Source of the DNA: the human T2T-CHM13v2.0 reference genome, Homo sapiens
Assembly: GCF_009914755.1 (NCBI RefSeq)
Contig: NC_060942.1
DNA length: 64,000 bases
Direction: 5' to 3' (one strand)
Part shown: positions 13,211 through 28,135 of the stretch, one piece after another
Layout: the number at the start of each line of letters is the position of its first letter
How positions within the stretch are numbered: the first letter of the stretch is position 1
Notes under the pieces: generated by a model
What the model saw: the letters and a program-made list of their open reading frames with translations, nothing else
Database searches by the model: none
Told to the model about the DNA's origin: nothing
Translations under genes and position numbers: made by a program

Positions 13211-13568
13211 TATATTAATTCGTTCTCACACTGCTATAAAGATACTACCTGAGACTGGGTAATTTATAAAGAAACAAAGGCTTAATTGACTCAGTTCTGC
13301 ATGGCTGGGGAGGCCATGGGAAACTTACAATCATGACAGAAGGCACCTCTTCACAGGATGGCAGGAGAGAGAAGAAGCAAGCAAGAGAGGAACTATCAAA
13401 CACTTATAAATACATCAGATGTCCTGGGAACTCACTCGCTATCACAAGAACAGCATGGGGAAACTGCCCCCATGATCCAATCACCTCCCACAAGGTCTCT
13501 CCCTCAACACCTGGGGATTACATTTCAAGATGAGATTTGGGTGGGGACACAAAGGCTAACCTTATCAG
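13211..13568 (-). mobile_element. MaLR LTR (MSTA/THE1D-like)
   Basis: GTTCTCACACTGCTATAAAG...GAGATTTGGGTGGGGACACA...ATCA hallmark. Confidence 0.88.
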
Positions 13569-13569
13569 T

Positions 13570-14385
13570 GACCCAAGTCAGAAGCTTGGGAATCATCCAC
13601 GTCATCGTCAAAACAGAATTCATCACCAAGTCCTATAGATTTTACCTGTTAAACATCTCTCCAATCGGTGCTCTTCTCTTTATTCCTACAATCTTTGCTC
13701 CAGATCTTCCTTCCAGGATTACCTGCATACACTGCTTTCAATAACTTCCTAACAGGTTACTCTCACCTCTAGTCCTGACTTCTTCAGATCCATCCTCCAT
13801 ACAGGAGTGGACTCAAAATTAAAATCTGATCATATCACTACTTGCCTAAGACCTTCCCACGTCTCGTGATAACCAAAGTTCAAATTGCTTACCACAACAT
13901 AAAAGATCACTCAAAATCTGGTACCTGCCTATCTCTCTAGCTTTATCCTTTGTCATTTCTGCCTCAAACCTTAGAACCCAGCAAAAATTAGCCATTTTTA
14001 GTTCTCCACACAGCACACTTTCCCAACTTCCATACCCTTGCTCAAGTCCTCTCCCTTGCCAGAGTACTCTCTTTACCTCCTTTCTCCCACTTTCTCTGTA
14101 CTGGACAAGGGCTGAGGACTCTTTACGACTCAGCTTAGGAGTCACTTCCTGAAGGAGGCATGTACTGACAACACCCTTCCCTTCCACTAGGTGCCCTCTC
14201 AGTGCTTCCTTGATTCTTTGGTTATATCACACACACCAACTACATCGTCCATCTACATGGCTGTCTCTCTCATTGGCTCAAGGGTTCTTTGGGACAATGA
14301 TGGTTAGTCGCATTGCTATCTCCAGCACTAGCACAGTGCCTAGCACTCAACAGATGTTCAGTAAGTGTGTTTGAATGAATAAGAG
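13570..14385 (+). mobile_element. L2 fragments
   Basis: AAAATCTGATCATATCACT..., CTAGCACAGTGCCTAGCAC...GAATGAAT L2 3' end pattern. Confidence 0.65.
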
Positions 14386-15059
14386 CATAAACGTGATCCA
14401 GAAGATAGATTTTAAGTACATGGAAAATCATAATTATATTGTAACCAGACTGAGAAATGTGGATTTACTTACTTATCTGTCACTAGCAAGAGTACCAGCA
14501 AAGTTTTAAATTTTTTCCATGACTTCTACTAAAGCTGAAATATTGTTTTATTTCTTTTCCAGTATAGAAAACAGAGGGAAAGGGAGGCTAATGTCAGCAG
14601 CAGCATGAAAATAGTTTAAAATGAAAATGTGTGCTGTAATCAACTTGGACTTGATTAAGTCCAAGTCTGAGGTGCTTGATAAGTAACACAACAGGAACAA
14701 TGGAGAGGGCAATGGCATTTTCATACCCTATGCTGCTAGGAGTCACATGTCAGATACACAGCTATCTACTTTGATAAAAATAGTCTAGGAACTCTAAGGT
14801 TGATTCGAGATGAAACTAAACCCTGGACATCAGTGTCCAAGTATGCAACTGCATCCATTGGATCCTTCTTTCCCTCAGTTCCCTCAGTGATTACCAATAT
14901 CACTCCTTGCCACCCACCACTACTCTTCTTTTTTTATTACTGTGGCACAAGTGGGGATGCATAGCCTTTACCTTGCTTTCTTATAGCACTGTTAGAATAT
15001 TAAAATGAACTTCACAAAAGGATAGCAAAAAAGGAATTATGCATAAAGTACAATGATTC

Positions 15060-15805
15060 TGTTACAGGATCTTTGGGGTGTCACTTTTCTGGCAGGAAAC
15101 CTCTGTGGCTGGTGGCACCTTTGCCTGCAGGCCCCCTGGGCTTATTCCACCCACTTGGCCTGGCAGGCGGCACTCAGCTCACGCTACTGGCTGGATCCCA
15201 TGCCTGCCAAGGGTGAGCCAGGTGTGGAGGGACAAGGGGTGTGTGAATGAGCAAGCATGGGGTTCAGCCACTGCACACAGTCAGGCACACTGGCTGCTGC
15301 TGCAGGGCAGGGCAGCTGCAGGTGCTGGCACAGGCACCGACTCTCTGCAAGGCTGCAGCTGGACCAGGCACCCTGCAAGCAGCTTCCACGGCTGCCACCA
15401 GGGAATGTGGTGTTGCCCAGAAGCTTGGAGACTCCAGGAACTGCAGGGCCCCAAAGAGGGAGTCACAACCCAGGGTTGGGGAGCTCCCAGGTCTGGGGTC
15501 CCTGAAGGGCCACAGTTCTTTCCTTTTCACCTGCAACGTGGCGAGCAAGGGGTGTGTTTCAACCCTGTTTGTCTTACAGCTTTTTCAGCCCTGCCATTCA
15601 GTAGGTCCTGAGCTCTTCTCCTGCATCCGGGAAGAATGAGGTATGTGGACACAAGAAGGGTGAGCAAGGCAAAGAGAAGGTTTATTGAGTGACACAATAG
15701 CTCAGAGGAGGACTTGGAGTGTGTAGCTCCTCTCTGTAGACAGGTCCTCCTGATGTCTCTGCAGCTCTCCACAGAGAGGAGGCCCTGGAGTGGGTAGCTC
15801 TTCTA
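15060..15805 (-). mobile_element. Truncated ERV1 LTR, MER52/LTR27-like
   Basis: Begins TGTTACAGGATCTTTGGGGTGTCACTTTTCTGG. GC-rich, with TTTATT (antisense polyA signal) and GAGGCCCTGGAGTGGGTAGCTC repeats. Explains the cluster of overlapping ORFs here. Confidence 0.78.
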
Positions 15806-15824
15806 GCTTGTCCTCTTGACATAC

Positions 15825-15957
15825 GCTCAGCCCCACCCTTATGATCTCATTAATCTTAATTACCTCCTTGTAGGCCCTGTCTCCAAATATAGTCACATGT
15901 AAGGGGGTTAAGCTTCAACATATGAATTGGGGGAGACACATGACTCAATCTATAGCA
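15825..15957 (-). mobile_element. MLT1-family MaLR LTR fragment
   Basis: CCCACCCTTATGATCTCATTAATCTTAATTACCTCC...TCAACATATGAATT...TATAGCA. Confidence 0.7.
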
Positions 15958-16836
15958 GATAAAAACCAAAGCAAAGGAAGACCAAGGTGGTAAAGTAAGA
16001 TAAAACAAGAGTAAAGTTAGTAACAAGATGAACTAACATTCAGTAAGTGTTTATCATGTGGAAGTATTTCCAAACATTTTATATACATATATACATTATC
16101 TCATTTAATCCTAACAATAAGACTCTGAGCTAGTGACTGTCATTCCCATGTGTCATATGGTCAAATAGTATCTTAGAGAAGCAAAATATCAGGCTGAAGG
16201 ACACATAGTAAACGTGACTAGTATTAATACCAGAGCCTCCATAGCCTGTTTTATACTTCTTCCCCATGGTTTTAATATTAACTATACCTGACACTTAAAT
16301 TGTCCTTTCATCAAGCACTGATGTAAGTATTTTATGTATTTAATGTGCATTAACTCCTTTATTATGTTAAGGGGTATATTATCACCCTAAAAAGTACTAT
16401 TATAATCCCTGTTTTTAAGGTAATGAAACTGCAGTACAGAGAGGTTAAGTATCCTACCTTAACATTACATAGCTAGTAACTGGCAGAACCAGAATTCAAA
16501 TCCAGGCAGTCTGGCCCCAAAGACCATGCTCTTAACCACTAAACAACAGTTCCTCTCATGCATATATAAAGATGCATTTCCTCAAGTCCTGCACAATTGC
16601 TCCAAGTGGATCTCAAATTTGGTTTTGAGCTTATCGGCTAAATCAAAGATGGTAGCAAGATTCAGAATTCATGACATAAAATCTTACCAGTTTCTCACGG
16701 GCATACTATAAAAGATTGGGAGACATCTGCTTGTGAATCCATTCAATAAATACTTGTTAGGCACCTTTTATATGATTAGAAATGGCCTTTTTGGTATTTG
16801 GGTATTTGGTAATGTGAACATAATTTAAAACTTCAC

Positions 16837-17352
<516 letters not shown>

Positions 17353-17919
17353 CTATATTTACTTTTTACCTGTCTTCATAAAACAGAGGGGTTTCTTTCC
17401 CCATGTGTACATACCAAGTAGGACAAAGAGATTTTCTGTAATATCGAAAGGTTTGTTTTAATAATTGCAAGGACTGTGACATAAAACCTTCAGACCGCAG
17501 GTGTTAAATTTGAGACATTACATTTGTTAGACTATTTCAGAAGATTGTGTTTTGTTCAATTAATGTAAAGTGTCTTTGTCTTAGGAGGCTGATTTGTCTC
17601 AACAACGTTGTGATAATCACTTACTATAATCTCACATCTGGGGTCATAAGTAACCAAACAATTGTAAACATTGAACACATTCTTATTGCTAGGAAGATAT
17701 GTAAAAATGTTCCTCTTTGCCAAAAATTATTTTGCAAATAAAATAGGTAAATGACTTTAACTGATTAGACATTAAACACAATATAAAATCTCATTCTTTC
17801 ACAATACCACTTCTGGGAGCTGGCAAGATGTGGGATTGAAAAGTAGCAAATCTCTGACTTAATGAAAATTTCCTGACATTCCACCCATGAAGTTCCTTGT
17901 CATCTCCCTGACCTCATAT

Positions 17920-18900
17920 TGGGGTGTCCCAGGATCCAGTGTGAGGGTTCCTTTTCTTCCTAAATGCACTCTCATGGAGATCCAATCTGGCCTCAGGTTT
18001 TAAATAGCATCTATTATATGCAGATCTTTCCCCAGAACTCTTATTGTTCCTCTTCATTTCTCAATGTCAACAAGTCCAAAACTGACATGAACCCTCCTGA
18101 TCTTCAGCCCCAAACTTGCTCCTCTTAGTCTTCCCCTTTGTAATTAATGGCAACCCAATCCTTCTGAATTCTTAGTATAAAAACCTTGGAGTGATGCTTG
18201 ATTCCTCTCCCTCTCTCTCAGATCCCACATCAATCCATATCCAAATCCTATTAAATCTAATTTCAAAATATATCCAGAATCCAATCCCATCCCATCCCAT
18301 TCCCTCCACTGCCACTGCTCTGATCCAAGCCACCTCTCTCCTTATTGCCATTGCCTCCTAACTGCTTTTCTTCCTTTCCCTGTCCCCTTCAGTCCATTCC
18401 AGCACAGCAGGCTGGATGCACCTTTAATACTTCCATGGCTTATCGGGCCTAACCCTGTCTGGCTCTCTGTAACTCCTCCTGCCTCACGGAGCCACTTCTT
18501 TCCTGCTCTACTGCAGCCAGCTGGCGTCCCTCCTGCCCTGGCCTTTTGTAGGATTCCCTCTCTCGTAACAAACATTCTCCCCCGAGACATGCACGAGGCT
18601 GCCCACTCTCACCGCCTTCATGTCTTTCTCAAACGTCCCGTTCTCCACGAGGCCTTCCTGACCACGCTATTAAACCTAACGACTTCTCCTCGGCACTCCC
18701 CGCCTCCCTACCCTACTTAATTTTTCTCCAATGCACCTATCACCATCTGCCACACTAAGATTTTGCACATTTATCTTGCGTATCTGTTTTCCCCCAACTA
18801 CCAAGTAAAATGTGCATCCCACAAGGACCGGGAATGCTGTTTGCTTAGTGCTCTATCAGCAGACCTTAGAAACGCATCTGCACACAGTAGGCGCTTCGTG
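17920..18900 (+). mobile_element. L2 element directly upstream of the promoter
   Basis: GGTGTCCCAGGATCCAGT..., AATGGCAACCCAATCCTT...AAACCTTGGAGTGATGCTTGATTCCTC, ending ...GCACACAGTAGGCGCT. Confidence 0.75.
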
Positions 18901-19029
18901 GATTTACTCCCACGAGCTTGCACCACGCTTCCCCTCCACACCAGGCATGAAGATGTTCCAGTCATGGAGATTCCCACCACTAAAGGAACTGCAGAAGCTG
19001 TAAATTCGGGCATGAGAATCTGAGGAGAA

Positions 19030-20160
19030 ACGTGCCGAGGCAAGAGGCTGGGTAGCCCCTGTGCAGCACGCAGTTAGCCGGGGCTTCAGCGCCGGAGCTC
19101 CCCGTTGGACGTGTTGCGCTGACCCAGCTTTCCCGCCTTCGAGGGCGGCCAGAACCTTGTGTCCCGGCCCCACCCACACCAGCTCAGGCTGAGAGAATCT
19201 CACAGGGCTTCACTGGGTCATCCGTGACCAGCTTTGGTCGGTTCCTGCCTTGGCGGGAAAAGTTGACCTACATTGCGTGCCAGGAGCGCAAGGCTTGCAG
19301 GGCATGCTGGGAGAGCGCAGGGAACGCTGGGAGAGCGCGGGAAATACTGGGATTGGCTCCCGAGGGCTGTGAGGAGGGCACGAGGGGACACTCCGATGAA
19401 GGCAGGGCACGCGGGGCGAGCCGGGAGCGTCTCCTGAGGGCAGCGAGGAGGGAGCTGAGGCACGCGGGCTCTCAATCGACGCCCCACAGAGACCAAGAGG
19501 CCTGGCCTTGGGGGGCAGCTGCTTGAAGGAGGCAGAGCGGAAGCGAGGGAGACTGCTGGAGGCCCTGCCGCCCACCCGCCCTTTCCTCCCCCTGAGGAGA
19601 CGCCTGACGCATCTGCAGTGCAGGAGGCCGTGGGCGTTAGAAGCGTTGCTTTTCCAGTTTGTAAGACCATTTTCCTGATTCTCTTCCCCACGGTTGCGGA
19701 GGAGCAGGTCAGGGCCGCCATGAGGGCAGGATCCCGGTGCCGGCGCCGGCACCCTGAGGACGTTGGTTTGGGTCAGGAAAAAAATGTATTCATCTGCAAA
19801 GACCCATGAGTCCCAATTTTTCGGGCATTTCATTATATCGGAAATTTATAGAATCACCTTTTAAAATGGATTTAGCTGAACAAAGACCTTAGATTCGTTT
19901 CCACTCACGTCCATTACTGTTCTCACAGAAGCCAGGCCGGAAGAGGGGTGGGCGCTCGCCTGGGGGCAGCGGCAAGCCGGGTCTGGGGCCGCCCTGAACC
20001 CCGCGCCCCGGGAGGATTTTTAGGAAGGGTCCCTCGTAGCGGCGGTCCCGAGGCTTAGCGCACAGCACTGCAGGAGCTGGGCGCTCCCAGAGTTTTGGTC
20101 CTTTGGGGTTCTCTGAGTCCTCCCTCACGTGTAGAATTGCGTAGGTGCCTGTTGCCTGCT
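19030..20160 (+). promoter_or_regulatory. C18orf63: CpG-island promoter of C18orf63
   Basis: The only CpG-dense non-repeat region in the window. E2F sites at 19129-19137, 19250-19260 and 19335-19344; Staf/ZNF143 sites at 19296-19354; inverted CCAAT at 19352-19356. Confidence 0.85.
19390..19660 (+). other. C18orf63: C18orf63 exon 1 (5'UTR; start approximate)
   Basis: Donor TTT|GTAAGA at 19661 within the CpG island. The TSS cannot be determined from sequence alone. Confidence 0.6.
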
Positions 20161-21296
20161 CCTAGCACTTGTTCCTTGCCCTGCTGGGGATTGGGAATAA
20201 AGATGAAATCCTGGGACAGAAACGTAGTGGAGCGACTCCCTGGACAGGATGTTAATAGCGCATCCGTAGATCATAATAAGGCTTGGCCCACGTTTTGAGC
20301 TTCACAATATAGTTCTACAGCCTAGCCAAAGAAAACAACATTCTTTTTGAATCTGCAAGTTTTGCCAACTAGGAACTCACAAAATTAAACAATAGTAATA
20401 ATTCTAATAAATTCATGCTTATCCCTGAACAGATCACTCTTGTTTACATACAGTGTTGCAATCCGTGAGTATTTGAAGATTGGCAAAACGGGAGGACTTG
20501 CACCCAGGAATTTTTTGGTGACCTGGAATTTACATTCCTACTGTATTACATTCCTGCTGGCATTGCCAGCATTCCTCAGATGACACCACAAACTCATTTC
20601 AGTACTGTGATCAGAAGGCTGGTCACACTGCACATTCCCGGGCCAGTATATTATTCTTTCTTAAAAAGAAAAAGCATGTTGATGTTGAAAAGTTGAAAGT
20701 ACTAGAGTCCAGCTTAGTTTTCCCTAATGTATTTGTGCATGTTAGTGTACTGAAGCTTCACTGGGTTGCTTTACTTTTATATTCCAGTTTTTGTTACTGT
20801 AGTAAAATGTAATGTAGACTTCAAAGGTATACCTTATGAATTATCAACTGTAAACTGTGCCTCCAATAGAATTTGAAAGCTGGATAATTTAGTGGAAACA
20901 AAAACTAGGTAACAATTTAGAGACCAGTAAACATTTTCTGTCGTGTACAATGAAAAATAATATATTCCTCAACCTTGAAGTGCTTTACAGAAAAATCTGA
21001 AACAACAAAAGACTTTGCTATACATTTTGACTTTTAAAAAATAGTTATTGTTATAGAAAAAGGAGTGATGAAAATATTCTAAAAATTATTGCAATGATGG
21101 TTGCACAACTCTGAATACAGTAAAAAACAGTGAATTGTACACATTAAATGGGTGAATTTTATGTTATGTGAACTATATCTTAGTAAAACTTGTACCAAAA
21201 ATCCTAGAAAATCATTAGAAGACCTTAAAGGTAAATGGCAGGGATACTTAACTGCTGAAGTTTGCAAACTAACTTGTTTGTATCATCCCATTCTAA

Positions 21297-21551
<255 letters not shown>

Positions 21552-22059
21552 TAAAAAAATACATCTTATAACTAAGACTTTTAAAACTTTGAGACCTATA
21601 AAAGCTGTTTTAGAGGAATTTTCTATAAAGCAAAATACTCATTCACTCAACTTGTGTTTATAATTTTAAAATAAAGGAAGTCAGATTTTGTTTTGACCAG
21701 GTATATTGGATTATATTTAAGGAGGGATTTAAAATACTTGCAATAGAATTATCTCACTGTTGAGTTTTTATATCTGTGACCTCTTATGTGCTTTTTAAAA
21801 GTTTAAAATCTCCACAGACATTCATGAATTAAATTCAGGCTCCCAGAAACTTAGAGGTCCTAATTAATCAATATTTATGGAATACCTACTGTTTTCCAGT
21901 AGGTATTTCCAGTAGGTGGGGCACTTAGAGATCCTATAAACATCTTAGATTAGTATAGTTTCTTAATTCTCAAGTCAGTATGAGACACTGTGGAGTATTT
22001 CTCTAGGATCTGTCTCAAAATATCTGATCCCACATAGTCGTTGAAAAACAGCTTAAGAG

Positions 22060-22381
<322 letters not shown>

Positions 22382-23658
22382 CTAAAGTATAATTCCATGA
22401 TTACTGAGGACCCTCCTTTAAATTGTTTGAGGCACTCAAAGGAAGAGTCATAGAAAACATGAGAAGATTCTATATTTAAATGAATTGCTTAGAGAAGAAC
22501 AAACAACTAGAAGATACCCAGAGGCAAGAAATAAGGAAGCCACTTTTGGGGTGTCCTTCATTTTCGTCTTATTTACAAAGTTTTTCTTCTCTCCATTGCA
22601 TATTTTCCCACCCAGGGGCATCAGGGAGCCTGTACCCTTCCTGCTAAAGTATAATATGATACCTGTTAAGGACTTAATCTGTGACTCCTTTTGGAAATAC
22701 TAAAATAGGTAGAAAACCTAAAGTGAGGTTTTTCTTCTGCTTGTCCTCAAATTGAAGGCAGCCATTCCCACAGAGTGGGGTTATCTTCACTCACCCTCCC
22801 GGTAATTGACAGAGAGTCTTGAATAGCATTTGGCTCTCTCTAGTAGCATTTGGCTGTGTCAGGTAATGGCAGGCCTTGCCAAGGCAAGTACCTGATATAC
22901 CTTGGTTCCAACAAATATGAAGCCACCAGAAACAGATTGGCCCGTGTTGCTTTTTAAGGTAACCCCATACACATCCTAATGGTTATTTTAATTTGTTTCT
23001 TTGATGATTAGTAATGTTGAAGGTTTTCAGATTTCCAGTTGTATTCTTTTTGTGTTTTTCCTATCTTTCCCTTGAACCTTGAAGTGAAATTATTAATGGT
23101 AATTTGATTCTGATGATGTTTGTTTTAAGTTCATTTGGCTGTTGAAACCACTACCCAGTTCTTTCTGGCTTGGGAAGAATTTCCTTTCTGAAGGAAAAGG
23201 ATTTAGTCAGTAGTTCTAAATGTTTAAGTGGTTGGTAACTTCACTGATAGGTGAATCCTTAGACTCTTGCCTCTGGTGCCCCCTGCCCACCACCTTTTTT
23301 TTTATTTTAAAGGAAAAATGGAAGAAATAGGAGTTAAAGGAGACAGATTCTTCACTGTGTGTAGATTTCTTCAAGTATATAGGACAAAAATTGAGTTCTA
23401 AAAGATGAATTTAGGTTCACAGATGAAAGAGATTGGGAAATTCAGATGCGGGGACAAGTTCTCAAGTTAGCATTAGTATCTAAAACTTCCTAATTCTCTT
23501 AAGTCAAATATTGCCTGAGTACCTACACCTACACTGTTCAAGGTGCTATGCAAAGTGTGGGGAGAGAGTCTCTAACACAATTGTTGCCTAGGAGAAACTT
23601 AACGTTTTAGCTAAGCAAAGGTTTAAAATGTTCCAATAGAGTAAAAACGGATAGTGAG

Positions 23659-24199
<541 letters not shown>

Positions 24200-24802
24200 T
24201 AATAATTTAGGTATTATAGCTAAAGTTAAGATGTTTATGAGGATTAATTGATTAATCACAATGTGTTACAGGTTAATTGGATTATTAACAAACTAATATT
24301 GAAATGCCTGATGCTTAAAATCCATTTTTGTGGTTCTAATTTAACATTTATTTTTCTCATTATAAATGCTAAGATAAAGACTGTTAATGAATAAAACATG
24401 CTACAGTATAATTTTTAAGATAGCATGGGCTTGATACATTTTATCATATTTTATTCTTTAGACTAAAAGGAAAAAATTTCTCATTTCAACAAATCTCCAG
24501 TTGTTTTTAAAGAACTTGGATCAACATTTCTTCTAATGGAACATTTTATTTAAAATTATTTTTACACTTAAAATTTTAAAATTAGTATTAGAAAGATATT
24601 TCCCAATTCTGTATGTAACCCTGAATTATAGCGAAGTGCCAAAAATCTTTCTAAAAATCATATTATCCTGAGATTTTTATCAAAAATCTTCCTGGAAATT
24701 CTGTTTTTCTGATATTTTAATTCCCAGAATCCAGTGAAATCAGCATTTATTGACAATGCTGATAAATCATCTAAAAGTTTAGTTCTTTTATTTTTCTCCT
24801 AG

Positions 24803-25156
<354 letters not shown>

Positions 25157-26248
25157 TATTTTCTTATTCTTACTATAGTTTTTTTAAAAGGCAAGCTGTT
25201 GGTGAACAGGTAAATTAATATCTTATTTGTATCTTTTTCTACCTAAACATCTTTATGGAACAAGGACATTATTTTAGAGTACTAGTAAATTCAAGAATGT
25301 GAATTTAAGCAAGGGCGATAAGAGGAAAGTAGCTATCTGTTTTTAAAAAATGTATTGCTTTCTTACAAAGGTATTCTGTAAAAAAAAAAAAAGTTGATGT
25401 TTAAAAGTAGAAAATGGGATTACATACATACTATTTTGAAACTTGCCATTCATTTCCCCTTTAACAACCTTTCCTGGATATCTTTCCATGTCAGTACACA
25501 TATCTTCCTCACTTTTAAGGCTGTGAAATATTTCATTGTATGGATGTATAGTAATTTACTTAATACTTTCCAGTGCACATCTGAGTCTGTGCTCTTACAG
25601 TGTTTCAGAAAGCATCATTGAAATTGTATCACTTTTATTTGTCTGATAATTTGTCGGTTACATTTTTAGAGGTAGCTTGTAATACACTTTAAACTATAAT
25701 ATAGATACTGCTAAATTGCTGTCTGAAAAGCTTTTTGCCGGATTGCATGTTAACAAATAGTCTGGGAGGAAACCTGTTTTTCCATACCCTCACGAACACT
25801 GTAGATATTCACGCCTTTAAATAGTTGTCAGTCTGTTAGGTTACAAATAATATTTTCCTTTAATTTGTATTCCTTTTATTAATAAGTTGGAGCACTTAGG
25901 CCTTTGAACATGATCTTCCGTTTATGTCCATTTTCCTTATTCATGCCTAAGAATTCTATATTAAGAAAGGCGTTAAATATTGATTATACAAAATTTATTG
26001 ACCTTTTCCTTTATATGGATACTGGGGTCATGTCACTCCTAGAAAGGCTTTCCTCACTTTGAAAATGTGCCCACAGATTCCAATTCAGGGAGAGAATGAT
26101 CATCACTTCTTCTCCAAGTCACAAACCCTAATTGGATGATGGCCTGATTCTTTGCCCTCTGTAGAATAATGCTTAAAATCTTTATTGCATTATTTAATTA
26201 TATATATATATGTTAAGTCCTTTTCATAAATGTGGATTTTTGTTACAG

Positions 26249-26305
26249 ATACCATTTTATAAAGCAAGAAAACTTAATGCCTATGTTGAAAAATATGGAG
26301 CTAAG
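26249..26305 (+). CDS. C18orf63: C18orf63 exon 4: IPFYKARKLNAYVEKYGAK
   Basis: TTTTTGTTACAG| ... AAG|GTAAGT; 57 nt. Confidence 0.92.
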
Positions 26306-27254
26306 GTAAGTGTTAAAAAATGATATTAATACCATATGTTGTTTATAGTGATTATACGTTCCACTCCTTTTGTCAACAAACAAAAACTGGAGTATCTTTC
26401 TCATAGACCATTGTTATGCGTATGAAAGAACCCAACAAATTTTTTCTAACAATTATTATGTGCACAATTAGTGCAGAAAGAGGAGAAGAGGCTTTTTTGT
26501 TGGATGCTTTATTTCAGGCATTTTATGTGGCATAATCTTATTTGCCATATACATCTTCAGATAAGTGAATCTCGTCATTTTCACAGATAAACCCAGAGTT
26601 GGGATTATTGTCCACATTATATAGCTAATATGTAGAGAAATAAAATATTATAGATTGTATTCTACATGGTGATGAGCTTCTGGATCTTCACAAAGAGAAA
26701 GATGAATACAGTGGTTAGTATTCATTTACTGAGACCTCTCTGTGTCTCAGTAAGTCATGAAGCCTTGACTAGAGCTCCTTTCATGCCTCTGCATGTAACT
26801 CTGAGACACTGTGTCATTGGTTATCCCAGAAGCAACAGCTGTTATTGCTGGCCTCTGTTCCTAAGTCTAGTAGAGTTTGGAATAATGAGGTTTCTAGTCA
26901 TCTTTAAAATGAGATGTTGCCTTTAGGTCCTAGGGAAGTAAAATGTCAATAACACTTTCCAGTTCCCTGAGAAATCTTTGAATGACCTGAAAGCTGGTTC
27001 CAGCCATCAGTTACAATCTGTGGGAAAACAGTATTATTCAGGAGCAATGAGGAAAGAATATGTTTACATCTTTTTGCTGAGACAAGTCTTTGGTCATCTA
27101 AGGATTCTGGTTATCTTGAAAGGCCATTTACAAGCTAGCTATGAGAACCAGATTTATAGTATGTCATTCACCTAGAACTAGGACTTGGGTCTTTAAGCAA
27201 TCTCTACCATATTCTATTATTTATTAAGGCCTAAGAATAGGTAACATTTTAGTA

Positions 27255-28135
27255 TAGCAGATCCTTGAGTAAATTAATTTTGTTCAACGTTGTTTCAATA
27301 TAACATTAATGAGAAAGGAAAATAATTCAGTTCCCAGCCAAGGCCACTGTCTGTGTGGTTTGCACCTTCTCCCCTTGTCTGGGTGGGTTTTCTTTTGATA
27401 CTCCAGGTTCCTGCCACATCCCAAATATGCACACATTAAGTGAATTGGCATGTATAAAGTGTCCCAGGCTGAGTAAGTGTGGGTATGTGTGTGTTTGCCC
27501 TGCAATGGAATGGAGTCCTGTGCAGGGCTGGTGCCCACCTTGCACCTGGAGCTGCCAGGATAGGCTCTGGCCACCCACCACCCTGAATTAGAATAAGCTA
27601 ATTGTAAAATAAATGAATAAATTGCTGCATGAATACAAATTATAAAATAAATGTTCGTAAAGTATACAATAATCATACAGATGCACTACAGTAAATGACG
27701 CGGTACAAAAGCACTCAGGGAGCCTGTCATATTTGTGATTGTTTTGAACCGTGTGGTAGTAGGAGGTGCTCCTTACAATTTTCGCTTTGCAAACATTTAT
27801 TCCTTGATTTTACCCACTGCCACTACTACCACTGTCATTCACTGATTCACCAAAAATTGGGTAAATAATTCTTACTTGTTTTTATTAATCTGTCTTAAAT
27901 GTATGTATAGCTTACATTTATTTCAATGTTAATATTACAAGTGTTTTTGGTCTTTATTTAAAAGCTTGGTGATTTTTGGTGACCAGAACTATGCCATAGG
28001 AACTTTTATTTATATCAGCGTATAGTTTTAGCAATAGCCAAAACCAATATAACAAAATTGGTTTTGTTATATGTCATTTTGCTTAAAGTCATGGTTTGTA
28101 AGAACTTATCAATGACATTAAATGAGGACTTACTG
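27255..28135 (+). mobile_element. MER6 (Tigger-derived non-autonomous DNA transposon), full length
   Basis: TA-flanked, with ends TAGCAGATCCTTGAG...GAGGACTTACTG and internal TCTGTGTGG.TTGCAC.TTCTCCCC.TGTCTG block; ~880 bp. Confidence 0.8.

Noticed and set aside
14643-14666. Perfect 10-bp inverted repeat ACTTGGACTT-GATT-AAGTCCAAGT
   Set aside because: Roughly one such hairpin is expected by chance in 64 kb, and nothing in the context supports it.
15053-15896. Cluster of overlapping 60-177 aa ORFs on both strands
   Set aside because: They lie within a GC-rich MER52-like LTR. The lack of stops reflects base composition, and there is no protein similarity.
19708-19713. Alternative exon 1 donor CAG|GTCAGG
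   Set aside because: Plausible but unsupported; GTAAGA at 19661 has the better intronic consensus, so I did not call it.
18763-20298. ORFs up to 207 aa on both strands
   Set aside because: CpG-island and L2 composition artefacts; low-complexity P/R/G/A translations with no consistent splice structure.
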